From the NCBI GenBank assembly GCA_030637655.1, contig DAOWGI010000063.1, positions 1-41,634 on the forward strand: DNA of 41,634 nt, read 5' to 3'. Under the pieces are notes generated by a model that worked only from the letters and a program-made list of their open reading frames with translations, did not search any database and was not told the origin of the DNA. Both the position numbers and the translations under genes were made by a program. This document shows, in pieces, positions 27,565-36,778 of the stretch (position 1 is the first letter of the stretch; each line of letters begins with the position of its first letter). Source of the stretch: a candidate division FCPU426 bacterium (GTDB lineage Bacteria > Oederibacteriota > JAAXVQ01 > JAUVAV01).

Positions 27565-28268
27565 TATTAAGTCTGGACACCTCCACCGCGAGAATATCGT
27601 TAGCGCTCTGGGCAGACGGTAAACTTCTGAATTCCAAAGCGGCGGTAACCGAAAGGCGCCATAATGAAACGATATTACCGTATTTGGAAAGCATGCTTAA
27701 TACAGTGAATGTAAAGATGCGGGATATTCAAGGTTTGGTTGTGGGTCGTGGTCCCGGATCTTTTACGGGTGTGCGTGTGGGTATTGCAACGGCATTAGGA
27801 TTTGCCCAAGCATTGGCGATTCCAGTGGTAGGCATATCCAGTTATCTGACTATTGCGGCGGCCAGCACACATTCGGTGGTCTTGGTTCTCGGGGATGCCA
27901 GGCAGGATATGGTCTACGCGGCCTGTTATGCGAACCAGGCAGCGGAATGGAAACCGGTTTTTTCTGAACAACTGACCACTTTATCCGGATTGAGTGATTT
28001 ACTTCCTGAGGCAGAATCTATTGCGGTGACCGGTCCGGAAGCTAAACAATTGTTTCCGGCAGTGCAGGCCAAGTACCCGGAATTTATTTTGGAGAATGAA
28101 GAAAAACATTTGCCCAGCGCTGAAATTATGGCAAGATTAGCAATGGGGGCGATTGCCAATCCAATGCAGGACAAACTGCAGCAAGGCGGAATGCCTGTGC
28201 AAGACATAACTCCTATTTATTTGCGACGTACTCAGGCAGAAGAAGTCAGAGCACGCCATCAACACTAA
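27561..28268 (+). CDS. tsaB: tRNA threonylcarbamoyladenosine biosynthesis protein
   Basis: ILSLDTS, GPGSFTGVRVG, DARQ, PIYLR; ATGA overlap with tsaE. Confidence 0.95.
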   Translation: MILSLDTSTARISLALWADGKLLNSKAAVTERRHNETILPYLESMLNTVNVKMRDIQGLVVGRGPGSFTGVRVGIATALGFAQALAIPVVGISSYLTIAAASTHSVVLVLGDARQDMVYAACYANQAAEWKPVFSEQLTTLSGLSDLLPEAESIAVTGPEAKQLFPAVQAKYPEFILENEEKHLPSAEIMARLAMGAIANPMQDKLQQGGMPVQDITPIYLRRTQAEEVRARHQH

Positions 28269-28283
28269 CACGGAGGCACGATT

Positions 28284-28796
28284 GTGAAAAGTCTCGACAA
28301 AGAGGCGGTCACTATTACGCCAATGCATATGGGAGATTTGGATGAAGTGCTCTGGGTGGAACAGAGTTCATTTCGCGATCCTTGGACCCGCGCCCTTTTT
28401 GAGGAAGAATTTAAAAATCCGGATCTCAGTCATTTTCTTGTTGCCCGCTGTGACGAACATGTGGTGGGTTATATGGGATTTTGGTTGATACAAGACGAGG
28501 CTCACATTACCAACTTAGCGGTTCATCCGGGATTTCGCCGGCGTAAAATCGGAGAGCGATTAGTGCGCGCGATATTGCATATGGCCTGCAGTTTAGACGC
28601 GCGGCGCGCCACCTTGGAAGTGCGCGCCGGCAACGAACCCGCCAAACGTCTCTATGAAAAGCACGGCTTTCAATTGGTTGCCATTCGACGTAAATATTAT
28701 GTGGACAACAATGAAGACGCCCTGGTTTTGTGGAACCAGGATATCAGCGCGTTTCGGGATTCCCGGAAGAAAAAGGAAAATACTGAAACCCCTTGA
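28284..28796 (+). CDS. rimI: Ribosomal-protein-alanine N-acetyltransferase
   Basis: EAHITNLAVHP, LEVRAGN, LYEKHGF, RRKYY...EDA; follows tsaB. Confidence 0.92.
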   Translation: MKSLDKEAVTITPMHMGDLDEVLWVEQSSFRDPWTRALFEEEFKNPDLSHFLVARCDEHVVGYMGFWLIQDEAHITNLAVHPGFRRRKIGERLVRAILHMACSLDARRATLEVRAGNEPAKRLYEKHGFQLVAIRRKYYVDNNEDALVLWNQDISAFRDSRKKKENTETP

Positions 28797-28821
28797 CAGT
28801 GAAATATCCTGGTGATACATT
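28793..28821 (+). promoter_or_regulatory. Putative sigma70 promoter of the cold-shock gene
   Basis: TTGACA-N17-TACATT with extended -10 TG; overlaps the rimI stop codon. Confidence 0.6.
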
Positions 28822-28878
28822 ACCAGATATTAGGCGATTTGCCTTACGTATACTTGAGTATAGGAGGAAGGCAAAGGC

Positions 28879-29091
28879 ATGACAGCGCAGGGAAAAGTAA
28901 AATGGTTTAACAATGCAAAGGGATTTGGTTTTTTGGAACGCGATGGTGAGCAGGATGTGTTTGTGCACTACTCCGCTATTGTGGGGGATGGGTTCCGGGG
29001 TTTAAATCCCGGAGAGAATGTCACCTTTGAGATTGTTGAAAACTCCAAAGGTCCCCAGGCTGCGAATGTTGTAAAAGCCGAACTCGAGTAA
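28879..29091 (+). CDS. Cold-shock domain protein (CspA family)
   Basis: [39 protein letters not shown]. Confidence 0.97.
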   Translation: MTAQGKVKWFNNAKGFGFLERDGEQDVFVHYSAIVGDGFRGLNPGENVTFEIVENSKGPQAANVVKAELE

Positions 29092-29104
29092 TATTTTTGG
29101 TTAG

Positions 29105-29158
29105 TGGGGTATAAAAAAAGCCCTGCACCGTCTGGTGCAGGGCTTTTTTTATACCCCA
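29105..29158. terminator. Bidirectional intrinsic terminator within a 25-bp perfect inverted repeat
   Basis: TGGGGTATAAAAAAAGCCCTGCACC-GTCT-GGTGCAGGGCTTTTTTTATACCCCA. Confidence 0.9.
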
Positions 29159-29208
29159 GGCTGAAGCGCGTACCACGGCAAGGGGTCTAAACCGCAGGAG
29201 AAAAATTT

Positions 29209-30204
29209 ATGTTACTAAAAAAAGTAAGTATTTTTTATTTGTTATTCATTTGTGCATCCGCGTCATCCGCCTGGTCACAATCCTGGTCGCATGCCACAAA
29301 ACGACTGCAATGGTTGGGTGCGCCGATGAATGTGACCGTGTGGGCCGAAGATCAGGTGATTTGCGCAACAGCATTGCAAATCAGTGTTGCTGAATTGAAA
29401 AGGCTGGAGCAAGCATACTCAGCCATTCGTCAAGGCAGTGTGGTAAATCAGCTCAATCAATTTGGCGGCGAACGACCGATTAAAGTCAATGCTGAAACAC
29501 GCCGACTTTTGCAGTGGGCTGAGACGCTTTCTGAAAAAACCAAGGGCGCGTTTGATATTACCACTACGAGTTATAAATGGCAGTATGGGTTTGGGCAATC
29601 GGATTTTCGATTGCCCACGTATTTACATATGCGGCAAATTATGCCCCTGGTGAATTACAAGCTTATTGCAGTGTATCCCAAAGACAAGACCGTGCTGTTT
29701 AGGAAAGACGGTGTGCAGATTGATTTTGATATCCTGCTGGTCAGTCATGCTTTTAATCGTCTGCAATTGCTGTTAAAAAAGAAAAAAATAAAGTCACTAC
29801 GTCTGCAAATAGGGAAAAACACCATGGTTTTAGGTAATCTGCCCGAAAAGCTATCCAGCCTGGAAATCCACACGCCCGGAAAAAAAGCGGAGTTGCTGGC
29901 ACGTTTGCTTTTGCGTCCGGGCAAAGTATTGCAGGCTGATGTATATACCCGTGCTTTTCAAAAAGAAGGCAAACGGATTCATCCCTATCTGGATGCCAAG
30001 GCCGGAAAGCCGGCAAAACATTGTCAACAAGCAACCCTCTATTTGCCACTCCAGGCAAAACTTGATATTCCTGCCGGAGTGCTTATGTTGCTTCCGCCAA
30101 AAGAGAGTCTGCAACTGATAGACAGCATTCCCCAAGCAAAATGTCTGCTGCTGGACTACCAAAGCAGGCTTCATTATTCCGTTGAGTGGAAAAATCCGGA
30201 ATAG
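29209..30204 (+). CDS. Divergent ApbE/Ftp (FAD:protein FMN transferase)-like exported protein
   Basis: LGAPMNVTV, SVVNQLN, LSEKTKGAFDIT, VNYKLI, GVQIDF, RIHPYLD. Several canonical motifs are eroded. Confidence 0.75.
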   Translation: MLLKKVSIFYLLFICASASSAWSQSWSHATKRLQWLGAPMNVTVWAEDQVICATALQISVAELKRLEQAYSAIRQGSVVNQLNQFGGERPIKVNAETRRLLQWAETLSEKTKGAFDITTTSYKWQYGFGQSDFRLPTYLHMRQIMPLVNYKLIAVYPKDKTVLFRKDGVQIDFDILLVSHAFNRLQLLLKKKKIKSLRLQIGKNTMVLGNLPEKLSSLEIHTPGKKAELLARLLLRPGKVLQADVYTRAFQKEGKRIHPYLDAKAGKPAKHCQQATLYLPLQAKLDIPAGVLMLLPPKESLQLIDSIPQAKCLLLDYQSRLHYSVEWKNPE

Positions 30205-30711
30205 AAAATGCCTGTCAAGGCAAAGTAGGAATGTCCTGTTTTAAGAAGCATACTGAGAAGGAACATTTTTTTAAAGTAATAGGATCAACCATAGGCATAA
30301 AAGGCAACCCGTTTTTATTTTTGTTTTTGTTAATAGCTTGAAGATGTTTGTGAGTCACGTCCTTGAATGTGACGTGATGAGCGGCAATTAAAATTATTCC
30401 GGTGCCTCATTTAATAATGTTATTACAATTAACGGTCCTGAGTAAATTGACTTTTGAATCCACCGTATAGGATGGATTTAACAGATACAGCTGCAATTCC
30501 TTTTTCCTTTCCATTTTCATTCACACAAGCACACACAAGTTTTTCGGCCATAATCCTGCGCCACTGAGTATCCTGAGCTGACCATCAGAAAAACACCCGT
30601 GGTACTCAATTTGGCGGTGATCAATACGATTAAAAGGATATAATTATTCAGGGTCTTCACCGTTTTCTGCGCGTGAATTTTCCTTCTTTTACCGAGACTG
30701 ATTGTGCCTGC

Positions 30712-30739
30712 CGTCATTCCGGCGAAAGCCGGAATCCAG
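30712..30739 (+). repeat. GIY-YIG-flanking palindrome (left)
   Basis: CGTCATTCCGGCGAAAGCCGGAATCCAG; inverted partner at 31037..31064. Confidence 0.85.
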
Positions 30740-30765
30740 CCAGTTCATTATAGAGATCATTCCAG

Positions 30766-31026
30766 TCAGGATTGCCTTTTTTCGATCATTTCTAATTTCC
30801 AATTCCTCTTCCACTCTTTGATTGCTTTTTCCCGACCAATCGCGCTTTCCATGATCTCATGAACTTCATACCACACCAGATCATGCACCGCATAACGCTT
30901 GGTAAATCCTTCTACCAAGTCGTTTTTATGCTCCCATACTCGTTTAATCAGACCTGAAGTAACACCTACATATAATGTTCCGTTACGACGACTTGACAGG
31001 ATATAAACGCAAGGGTGTTTAATCAT
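30766..31026 (-). pseudogene. Stand-alone GIY-YIG nuclease (UPF0213-like), frameshifted near the C-terminus
   Basis: VYILSSRRNGTLYVGVT...RVWEHK...AIGREKAIKEWKRNWKLEMIEK. Removing one base from the A6 run restores the usual ending GNPDWNDLYNEL. Confidence 0.8.
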
Positions 31027-31036
31027 CAGACACCTT

Positions 31037-31064
31037 CTGGACCCCGGCTTTCGCCGGGGTGACG
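31037..31064 (-). repeat. GIY-YIG-flanking palindrome (right)
   Basis: Reverse complement reads CGTCACCCCGGCGAAAGCCGGGGTCCAG. Confidence 0.85.
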
Positions 31065-31406
31065 ACTTCTGTGAGGCCTATTGGTTGAGCGTGTTTTTTC
31101 ACACTAAACGCTAAAGAATAATTAGTCATAATCCAAAACCCTACCGCAAGCAAGGTAAACGTGTCAAGTTTTCAAACAGCCGTAGTTTAAGAAAAACGTG
31201 TAGCTGTAGAACTAAAAGAGATTATGATGCCCTTTTTCACGCGCAGAAAACGGTGAAGACCCGTTATTCACAACCCGGAACGTATTGTGTAACAATAAGC
31301 GTTAATTACCGGACATGTTTATTAGGCGAAAGCAACAACAAAATTATGATATTGAATGACGCGGGCCGGATGGCGGGGAAATGGTGGAATAATGATCATT
31401 ACAAAT

Positions 31407-31529
31407 GTAGGGACGATTCCATGTAATCGTCCTCATCAAATGAATTACGGGGTGTGGTAAGAAAAATGATTGCCGTAGGGTCAAGGTATGCCTGGACCCT
31501 AAAGTAGGGAACGGTCGTGACCGTTCCTA
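31407..31529 (+). repeat. Three GTAGGG REP-like hairpins upstream of cas3
   Basis: Starts at 31407, 31475 and 31504; the last closely matches 1106..1133. Confidence 0.75.
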
Positions 31530-31557
31530 AAAGACGGAAAAGAAAAGGAAGAAGGGT

Positions 31558-34107
31558 ATGGAAAAGGAAAATTACTTTTGGGCTAAAACTACTCTTGCTG
31601 GGAACCCGGGTATTCCTGTGTATGAACATATGCTTAATGTCGGATGTGTAGCAAAGCAGCTGGCAGAACTATTACCTCAATTATTAAATAAGTTTAATCT
31701 GGAACCAAGAATAATTGGTTTTTTGGCAGCCCTTCATGATATAGGTAAAATATCGCCGGGATTTCAGCGGAAATGTAAGGCATGGCTTGAAGAAAATGGG
31801 TTAGTTGATATAGATCGGCTATGGCAATGGAAATCAACAATGGAATCCGACCATGGAAAAGTATCACATAAAGTAATACTGGATGAACTAATTAAGAAAA
31901 ATGAAGATGTTGACACAGCTACCTATTTATCCACGGTGTTGGGAGCGCATCATGGAAGAATCAAATATCTTCCTAATCCAAGAGGAATTAATTCGCATTC
32001 TATAAAGTTAATAAAAGAAGGTAACAGCGGAATAGACTGGAACAATGAAAGAGAAAAGACCATAGACAAAGTATATGAATATTTCGGCATTAAAAACATC
32101 GGGCGAGTGATCGACGAAGAATCACCATTTTTGTGGTGGATAGCCGGGTTAACGACTATTGCCGACTGGATAGGATCGGATGAGCGTTATTTTGAATCAA
32201 CCAGTAACAATAGTGAAAAAAACCAAAAGACGATTGCAGATAAGGCCATTCAATTAATTGGATTTGATACGCTGGATATTAATAAAGACCTGTCATTTAG
32301 AACAATATTTGGAAATAAATTTGATTCCAATGATATGCAATCTAAAGCACTTGAAGCAATTAACGAGCCCGGTATTTATATTATTGAAGCGCCTATGGGA
32401 ATGGGTAAAACTGAAGCAGCACTTGGAGCAGCATATCGATTGTTATCTGCCGGGAAAGCGAGCGGTATTTATTTTGCCCTGCCTACACAGATAACCAGTA
32501 ATCGAATTCATCTAAGAGTAAATGAATTTCTTAGGGCCATTACTTCAAATACGGAAAGCAAATTAATCCATGGTAACTCCTGGTTAGTGGATCGATCAAA
32601 AGATATGATACATTTTGCCAAAAATGATAATGAGTCTTGTGAAGATGAGAAAAATGTACGTGATTGGTTTGCTTCTCCTAAAAAAGCATTACTAGCACCT
32701 TTTGGAGTGGGGACGGTTGATCAGGCATTGCTTGGAATTGTTGCGGCCAAACATTTTTTTGTCAGACGCTTTGCGCTTGCCGGAAAAGTAGTGATTATTG
32801 ATGAAGTGCATTCCTATGACCTATATACTGGAACATTAATCGATAAGTTAATCGCAGTATTGGAAAGTCTGGGATGTACAGTTGTTGTTTTGTCAGCCAC
32901 ACTCACAAAAAAACGAAGAAATCAAATGTTGGGTATTTCTTCTGATGAAGAAAGCAGGGATGAAGATGCCTATCCATTAATAACCGGTAAAAAAGCAGGT
33001 CAATTAATTGAACCGGTTAAAGCTGTTGTTTCTGAATCAAAAGAAATTACTGTGGAATTCGAAAATAGCAGTGAAGCGGCAAAAAAAGCTTTAGCACTTT
33101 ATGAAAAAGGTGGGGTAGTACTCTGGATTTGCGATACCGTTAATTCAGCACAGAAACAATACCTGCGATTTAAAGAGAGTGCAAGTTGTGATACTAAAAT
33201 CGGTTTATTACATTCAAGATATCCTTATTGGAGAAGAGAAGAACTGGAAAAAGAATGGATGGAAAGATTAGGAAAAGAAGGCAAAACAAGATGTGGGTGT
33301 ATTCTTGTTTCCACCCAAATTGTTGAGCAAAGTGTCGATCTTGATGCTGATTTACTGATTAGCGAATTAGCACCAACAGATATGCTGCTTCAACGAATTG
33401 GCCGGCTTTGGAGACATCATAGGAAAAACAGGCCGACAGCAGAATCAAAAATTATTATTATTAATGAAGAACAAACGCTGCAAGAATTTAGAAGCATGAC
33501 AGCAAAGGAAATAGTTAATGGTTTAGGCAGCAAAGCATTTGTCTATAATGCCTATATTTTGCTTAGATCGATGGAAGTCTGGAATAAAAACAAGAATATC
33601 GTTATTCCTTCACAAATGCGTGAATTAATTGAATCTACCTATTCCGAATGCGAAGATGAACCGGAAGCATGGCAGGAACTCTTTAATGATAATTATGCAA
33701 AAGTAACTGCCTATCGTCAAAGAGCTTTGATGAGTAGTAATATCTGGCAAGCAGCACTCAGTGATACAGAAGGAATACAGACACGTCTTAATGAAATCCA
33801 AACCATGACACTAATATTATATGAGAATCTAGCTGCCGGGGAATTAGTCTTTTTGGATAATTCAAAACATTACATTAAAAAGAAAAGTTACCAACTTACT
33901 ACCGCACAAGCTGTTCACAAAAATACTATTAAAATACCAAACCATTATTTTGAGAATTCACCAGGAGATAACCTTTTAGATGACTATATTTATGAAGAAT
34001 ACAAAATGGCATTGGTACAAGAAAATGGCGATTTAGATGTCCGGGGATTGAAGGAAGGGGTGACGCTAAATTATTCAGATGAAAAAGGAGTGGAAATAAT
34101 AAAGTAA
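31558..34107 (+). CDS. cas3: CRISPR-associated helicase/nuclease Cas3
   Basis: HD domain (LHDIGK, HHG, ADWIGS), APMGMGKTE, DEVH, SAT, LHSR, STQIVEQSVDLD, QRIGRLWRH. Confidence 0.97.
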   Translation: MEKENYFWAKTTLAGNPGIPVYEHMLNVGCVAKQLAELLPQLLNKFNLEPRIIGFLAALHDIGKISPGFQRKCKAWLEENGLVDIDRLWQWKSTMESDHGKVSHKVILDELIKKNEDVDTATYLSTVLGAHHGRIKYLPNPRGINSHSIKLIKEGNSGIDWNNEREKTIDKVYEYFGIKNIGRVIDEESPFLWWIAGLTTIADWIGSDERYFESTSNNSEKNQKTIADKAIQLIGFDTLDINKDLSFRTIFGNKFDSNDMQSKALEAINEPGIYIIEAPMGMGKTEAALGAAYRLLSAGKASGIYFALPTQITSNRIHLRVNEFLRAITSNTESKLIHGNSWLVDRSKDMIHFAKNDNESCEDEKNVRDWFASPKKALLAPFGVGTVDQALLGIVAAKHFFVRRFALAGKVVIIDEVHSYDLYTGTLIDKLIAVLESLGCTVVVLSATLTKKRRNQMLGISSDEESRDEDAYPLITGKKAGQLIEPVKAVVSESKEITVEFENSSEAAKKALALYEKGGVVLWICDTVNSAQKQYLRFKESASCDTKIGLLHSRYPYWRREELEKEWMERLGKEGKTRCGCILVSTQIVEQSVDLDADLLISELAPTDMLLQRIGRLWRHHRKNRPTAESKIIIINEEQTLQEFRSMTAKEIVNGLGSKAFVYNAYILLRSMEVWNKNKNIVIPSQMRELIESTYSECEDEPEAWQELFNDNYAKVTAYRQRALMSSNIWQAALSDTEGIQTRLNEIQTMTLILYENLAAGELVFLDNSKHYIKKKSYQLTTAQAVHKNTIKIPNHYFENSPGDNLLDDYIYEEYKMALVQENGDLDVRGLKEGVTLNYSDEKGVEIIK

Positions 34108-34124
34108 AAGCGAGAGGTGCAGTT

Positions 34125-35645
34125 ATGAATGTAGCATTTGATCCATGGATACCTGTAGTGGATTTAAAAGGCAAGCCGGAGTTGATAAGCCTTGAAGATG
34201 TTTTTATAAAAGGAAAAAAGTATGCAGATTTGGCAGTTAGGCCACACGAGCGGGTGGCATTGATGCGGTTATTAATTTGTATATCTCATACTGCCTTGGA
34301 CGGCCCCAAAAACTATAAGGAATGGCAGCAAGTACCGAAAAAATTGCCAGAAGCAGCGAGTATGTATTTGGAAAAATGGAAGGGTTCTTTTGAATTATTT
34401 CATAAAACAAAGCCATGGTTGCAAATTGCCGGATTGGAACCAGCTAAAAAAGATGATCCAAAAGCTTTTACAAATATAGCAAAATTAGACTTCGCTTTGT
34501 CAAACGGAAGTGGGACATCTCTTTTTGAACATTATGGGTATGAGAATGATGAATTGAAATATAGTATTTCACAATTAATACTAGGATTGATTACTATAAA
34601 CAATTTTTCAACATGCGGATTGATAGCGCGGCCTTTGTGGAATGATAAAGCAACAGCAAGTTCTGCTAAAGATGCACCTTGTATTGCTTCTTCGATGCTT
34701 CATGTGTTTTTGGCAGGAGAAAATATATTTGAGACTATATGTATAAATGTTTGTGATTACGAAGAATTATCATTGTTTTTAAATCAGAATAAAAAAGATT
34801 CAGATTGGATAGGAAGACCGGTCTGGGAAAATATGCCGAAAAATGATGATATAAGCACTACCAAAACTTTTCTAGGAAGATTAGTCCCTTTATCAAGAGC
34901 TATTTTACTTTTTGAAGATAGTTCGTATATGCTCTACGGAGAAGGATTGAAATTCGAAATATTTCCTGATTATTTTCAGGAATTCAATACTTCTGTTGCT
35001 GTGAGGAAGTCAAAAACAAAAGAGGAACGTTATTTGGTTGGTGCCAGAATAGGGATGAGACCATGGCGACAACTTGATTCAATACTTCAATACAATTTGA
35101 TGAAGTCAAGTCCATCACACGCGCTTAATTTGAAGCATCTTTCTGGAGAAGCTATTGATATTTGGGTAGGCACATTAATCAGAAATCCTGGTAAACAAAA
35201 TATATTGGATACAGTTGAATCGCGATTTCATATATCGAAAAAATTACGAACAGAACAGGGATGTGCGATCTACGCTGATGAGGTTAAAAATGCTTATGAG
35301 GTATCAAGGGTGTTGGGAAAAGCGGCCTATATCTATCGTATAAATCAAGATTCCACAAATGAAACTGGTAAAGGGTCTGGTGCTGTGGGTGTTTACTGGA
35401 CATCTGTTGAAAATAATTTATCACTTCTTATGCAATATATTGAGGAGCTCGGAACAGATGGTAGTGAAGAATATCAAAAAAAATGGCAATCAATGCTTTG
35501 GAATAAAGCACGAGAAGCCTATCAAGTTGCTTGTGGCAAGGAAACACCCAGACAGATGCGTGCTTTTGCAAAAGGGTGGCAGGTTCTAACAGGCAAAAAA
35601 GATGAGAAAATTGAAACCAAGGAGGAAGCGCATGCGGTTTTTTGA
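34125..35645 (+). CDS. cas8e: Type I-E large subunit Cas8e (Cse1/CasA)
   Basis: DPWIPV, ALMRLLI, FELFH...PWLQ, GENIFETICIN, FLGRLVPLSRAI, RPWR; located after cas3. Confidence 0.9.
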   Translation: MNVAFDPWIPVVDLKGKPELISLEDVFIKGKKYADLAVRPHERVALMRLLICISHTALDGPKNYKEWQQVPKKLPEAASMYLEKWKGSFELFHKTKPWLQIAGLEPAKKDDPKAFTNIAKLDFALSNGSGTSLFEHYGYENDELKYSISQLILGLITINNFSTCGLIARPLWNDKATASSAKDAPCIASSMLHVFLAGENIFETICINVCDYEELSLFLNQNKKDSDWIGRPVWENMPKNDDISTTKTFLGRLVPLSRAILLFEDSSYMLYGEGLKFEIFPDYFQEFNTSVAVRKSKTKEERYLVGARIGMRPWRQLDSILQYNLMKSSPSHALNLKHLSGEAIDIWVGTLIRNPGKQNILDTVESRFHISKKLRTEQGCAIYADEVKNAYEVSRVLGKAAYIYRINQDSTNETGKGSGAVGVYWTSVENNLSLLMQYIEELGTDGSEEYQKKWQSMLWNKAREAYQVACGKETPRQMRAFAKGWQVLTGKKDEKIETKEEAHAVF

Positions 35646-36111
35646 ACAGCTGGAGCGAAACAAAGACAACAGAGGGATGATGGCAAATCTGCGATGCATA
35701 TTAATACCAAATAAGAAACAACGGGCTTGGCCAGTATTACATCGTCTTGGAATAGCTATTGATAATGAATCAGCAGCATTTGTAGCAGGGCTTTATGCCA
35801 AACATCCTGAAATAACGAATAAAGGTAATTTTGGCAATACTTGCAAACAAATTGAATTAAGACGGGATGTAAGTAAAGAAAAGGAGAAAATAACGCCTAC
35901 AGAAAGACGCTTTCAGCATTTGTTGTCTGCTAATAAAGAGGAAGTGCAGGATAGGGTACTTAGAATGGTTATGATGGCTGAAAGAGAAAACATACCTGTT
36001 AATTATGAAAAGCTGGTCAAGGATTTAACCTGTTGGAAGGACAAGATAAAAACAGAATGGGCTGCGGCGTATTGGGCGCCATTTGCTGAGAAATTAGGCG
36101 AGGAGGAATAA
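35632..36111 (+). CDS. cas11: Type I-E small subunit Cas11 (Cse2/CasB)
   Basis: RGMMANLR, VAGLYAKH, ERRFQHLL, VNYEKLVKDL, WAAAYW; AAGGAGG SD before ATG 35632. Confidence 0.9.
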   Translation: MRFFEQLERNKDNRGMMANLRCILIPNKKQRAWPVLHRLGIAIDNESAAFVAGLYAKHPEITNKGNFGNTCKQIELRRDVSKEKEKITPTERRFQHLLSANKEEVQDRVLRMVMMAERENIPVNYEKLVKDLTCWKDKIKTEWAAAYWAPFAEKLGEEE

Positions 36112-36113
36112 TT

Positions 36114-36764
36114 ATGCAATGGCTGGCAAGATTGGAAATCGATACAGATAGAGCCATGCAGGAAGGAATGATTGACACCTATAGCTGGCATAAAAAATTG
36201 TGGCAATGTTTTCCGGATGACCCGGAAGCAACCCGTGACTTTTTGTCACGGGTTGATCAACTGGAAGGGAAATTACGGTTTTGGATATCATCTGAAAGAA
36301 AACCTGAAAAGCCAAATTGGTGCTTGCCGGATAGATTTGAAGTTAAAGAAATCAAGTCAGCTTTGCTGGAACACCAGTATTATACTTTTGATGTGAGAGT
36401 CAATCCTGCTAAGCGAGAGTGTATTAAAAGAGAAAATAACAAAACAGTCATCAATGAAAAAGGCAAACGCATAAGAGGCAAACGTAGAGCGATTACTAAA
36501 CAGGGAGAGCTTAAAATTTGGTTTGAACGTAAGGCGGAAGAAGGTGGGTTTCGGTTAATTGCAGATAAACCATTAGAGATAAGTCCGGTCATATCCAATT
36601 ATTTTAAAAAGAAAAATCACGAAGGATTTCATGGCGGCGCACAGTTCCGAGGCAGACTGGAAATAGTTGATCGAGATAAATTTAAAGAGACATATGCTAA
36701 AGGAATTGGAAGCGCCAAGGGATTTGGATTCGGGATGCTATTAATAGCACCTATCAAACAATAA
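36114..36764 (+). CDS. cas6e: Type I-E crRNA endonuclease Cas6e (Cse3/CasE)
   Basis: YSWHKKLWQCF, FDVRVNP, G-loop GIGSAKGFGFGML. Confidence 0.93.
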   Translation: MQWLARLEIDTDRAMQEGMIDTYSWHKKLWQCFPDDPEATRDFLSRVDQLEGKLRFWISSERKPEKPNWCLPDRFEVKEIKSALLEHQYYTFDVRVNPAKRECIKRENNKTVINEKGKRIRGKRRAITKQGELKIWFERKAEEGGFRLIADKPLEISPVISNYFKKKNHEGFHGGAQFRGRLEIVDRDKFKETYAKGIGSAKGFGFGMLLIAPIKQ

Positions 36765-36778
36765 AAGGAGAAATCCAA

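Larger units (their letters stand above)
30651..31262. mobile_element. 612-bp non-autonomous element bounded by perfect 27-bp terminal inverted repeats, carrying a GIY-YIG gene
   Basis: GGGTCTTCACCGTTTTCTGCGCGTGAA (30651-30677) and its exact reverse complement (31236-31262); flanks ATTATTCA and GTTATTCA. Confidence 0.7.

Noticed and set aside
30213-30500. Possible IS remnants (TGTCAAGGCAAAGTAGGAATGTCC end-like motif; minus-strand HKHLQA peptide)
   Set aside because: No partner end and no transposase ORF; similarity too short to support a call.
30517-30717. 66-aa minus-strand ORF
   Set aside because: Starts inside a palindrome and crosses the TIR; no domain features.
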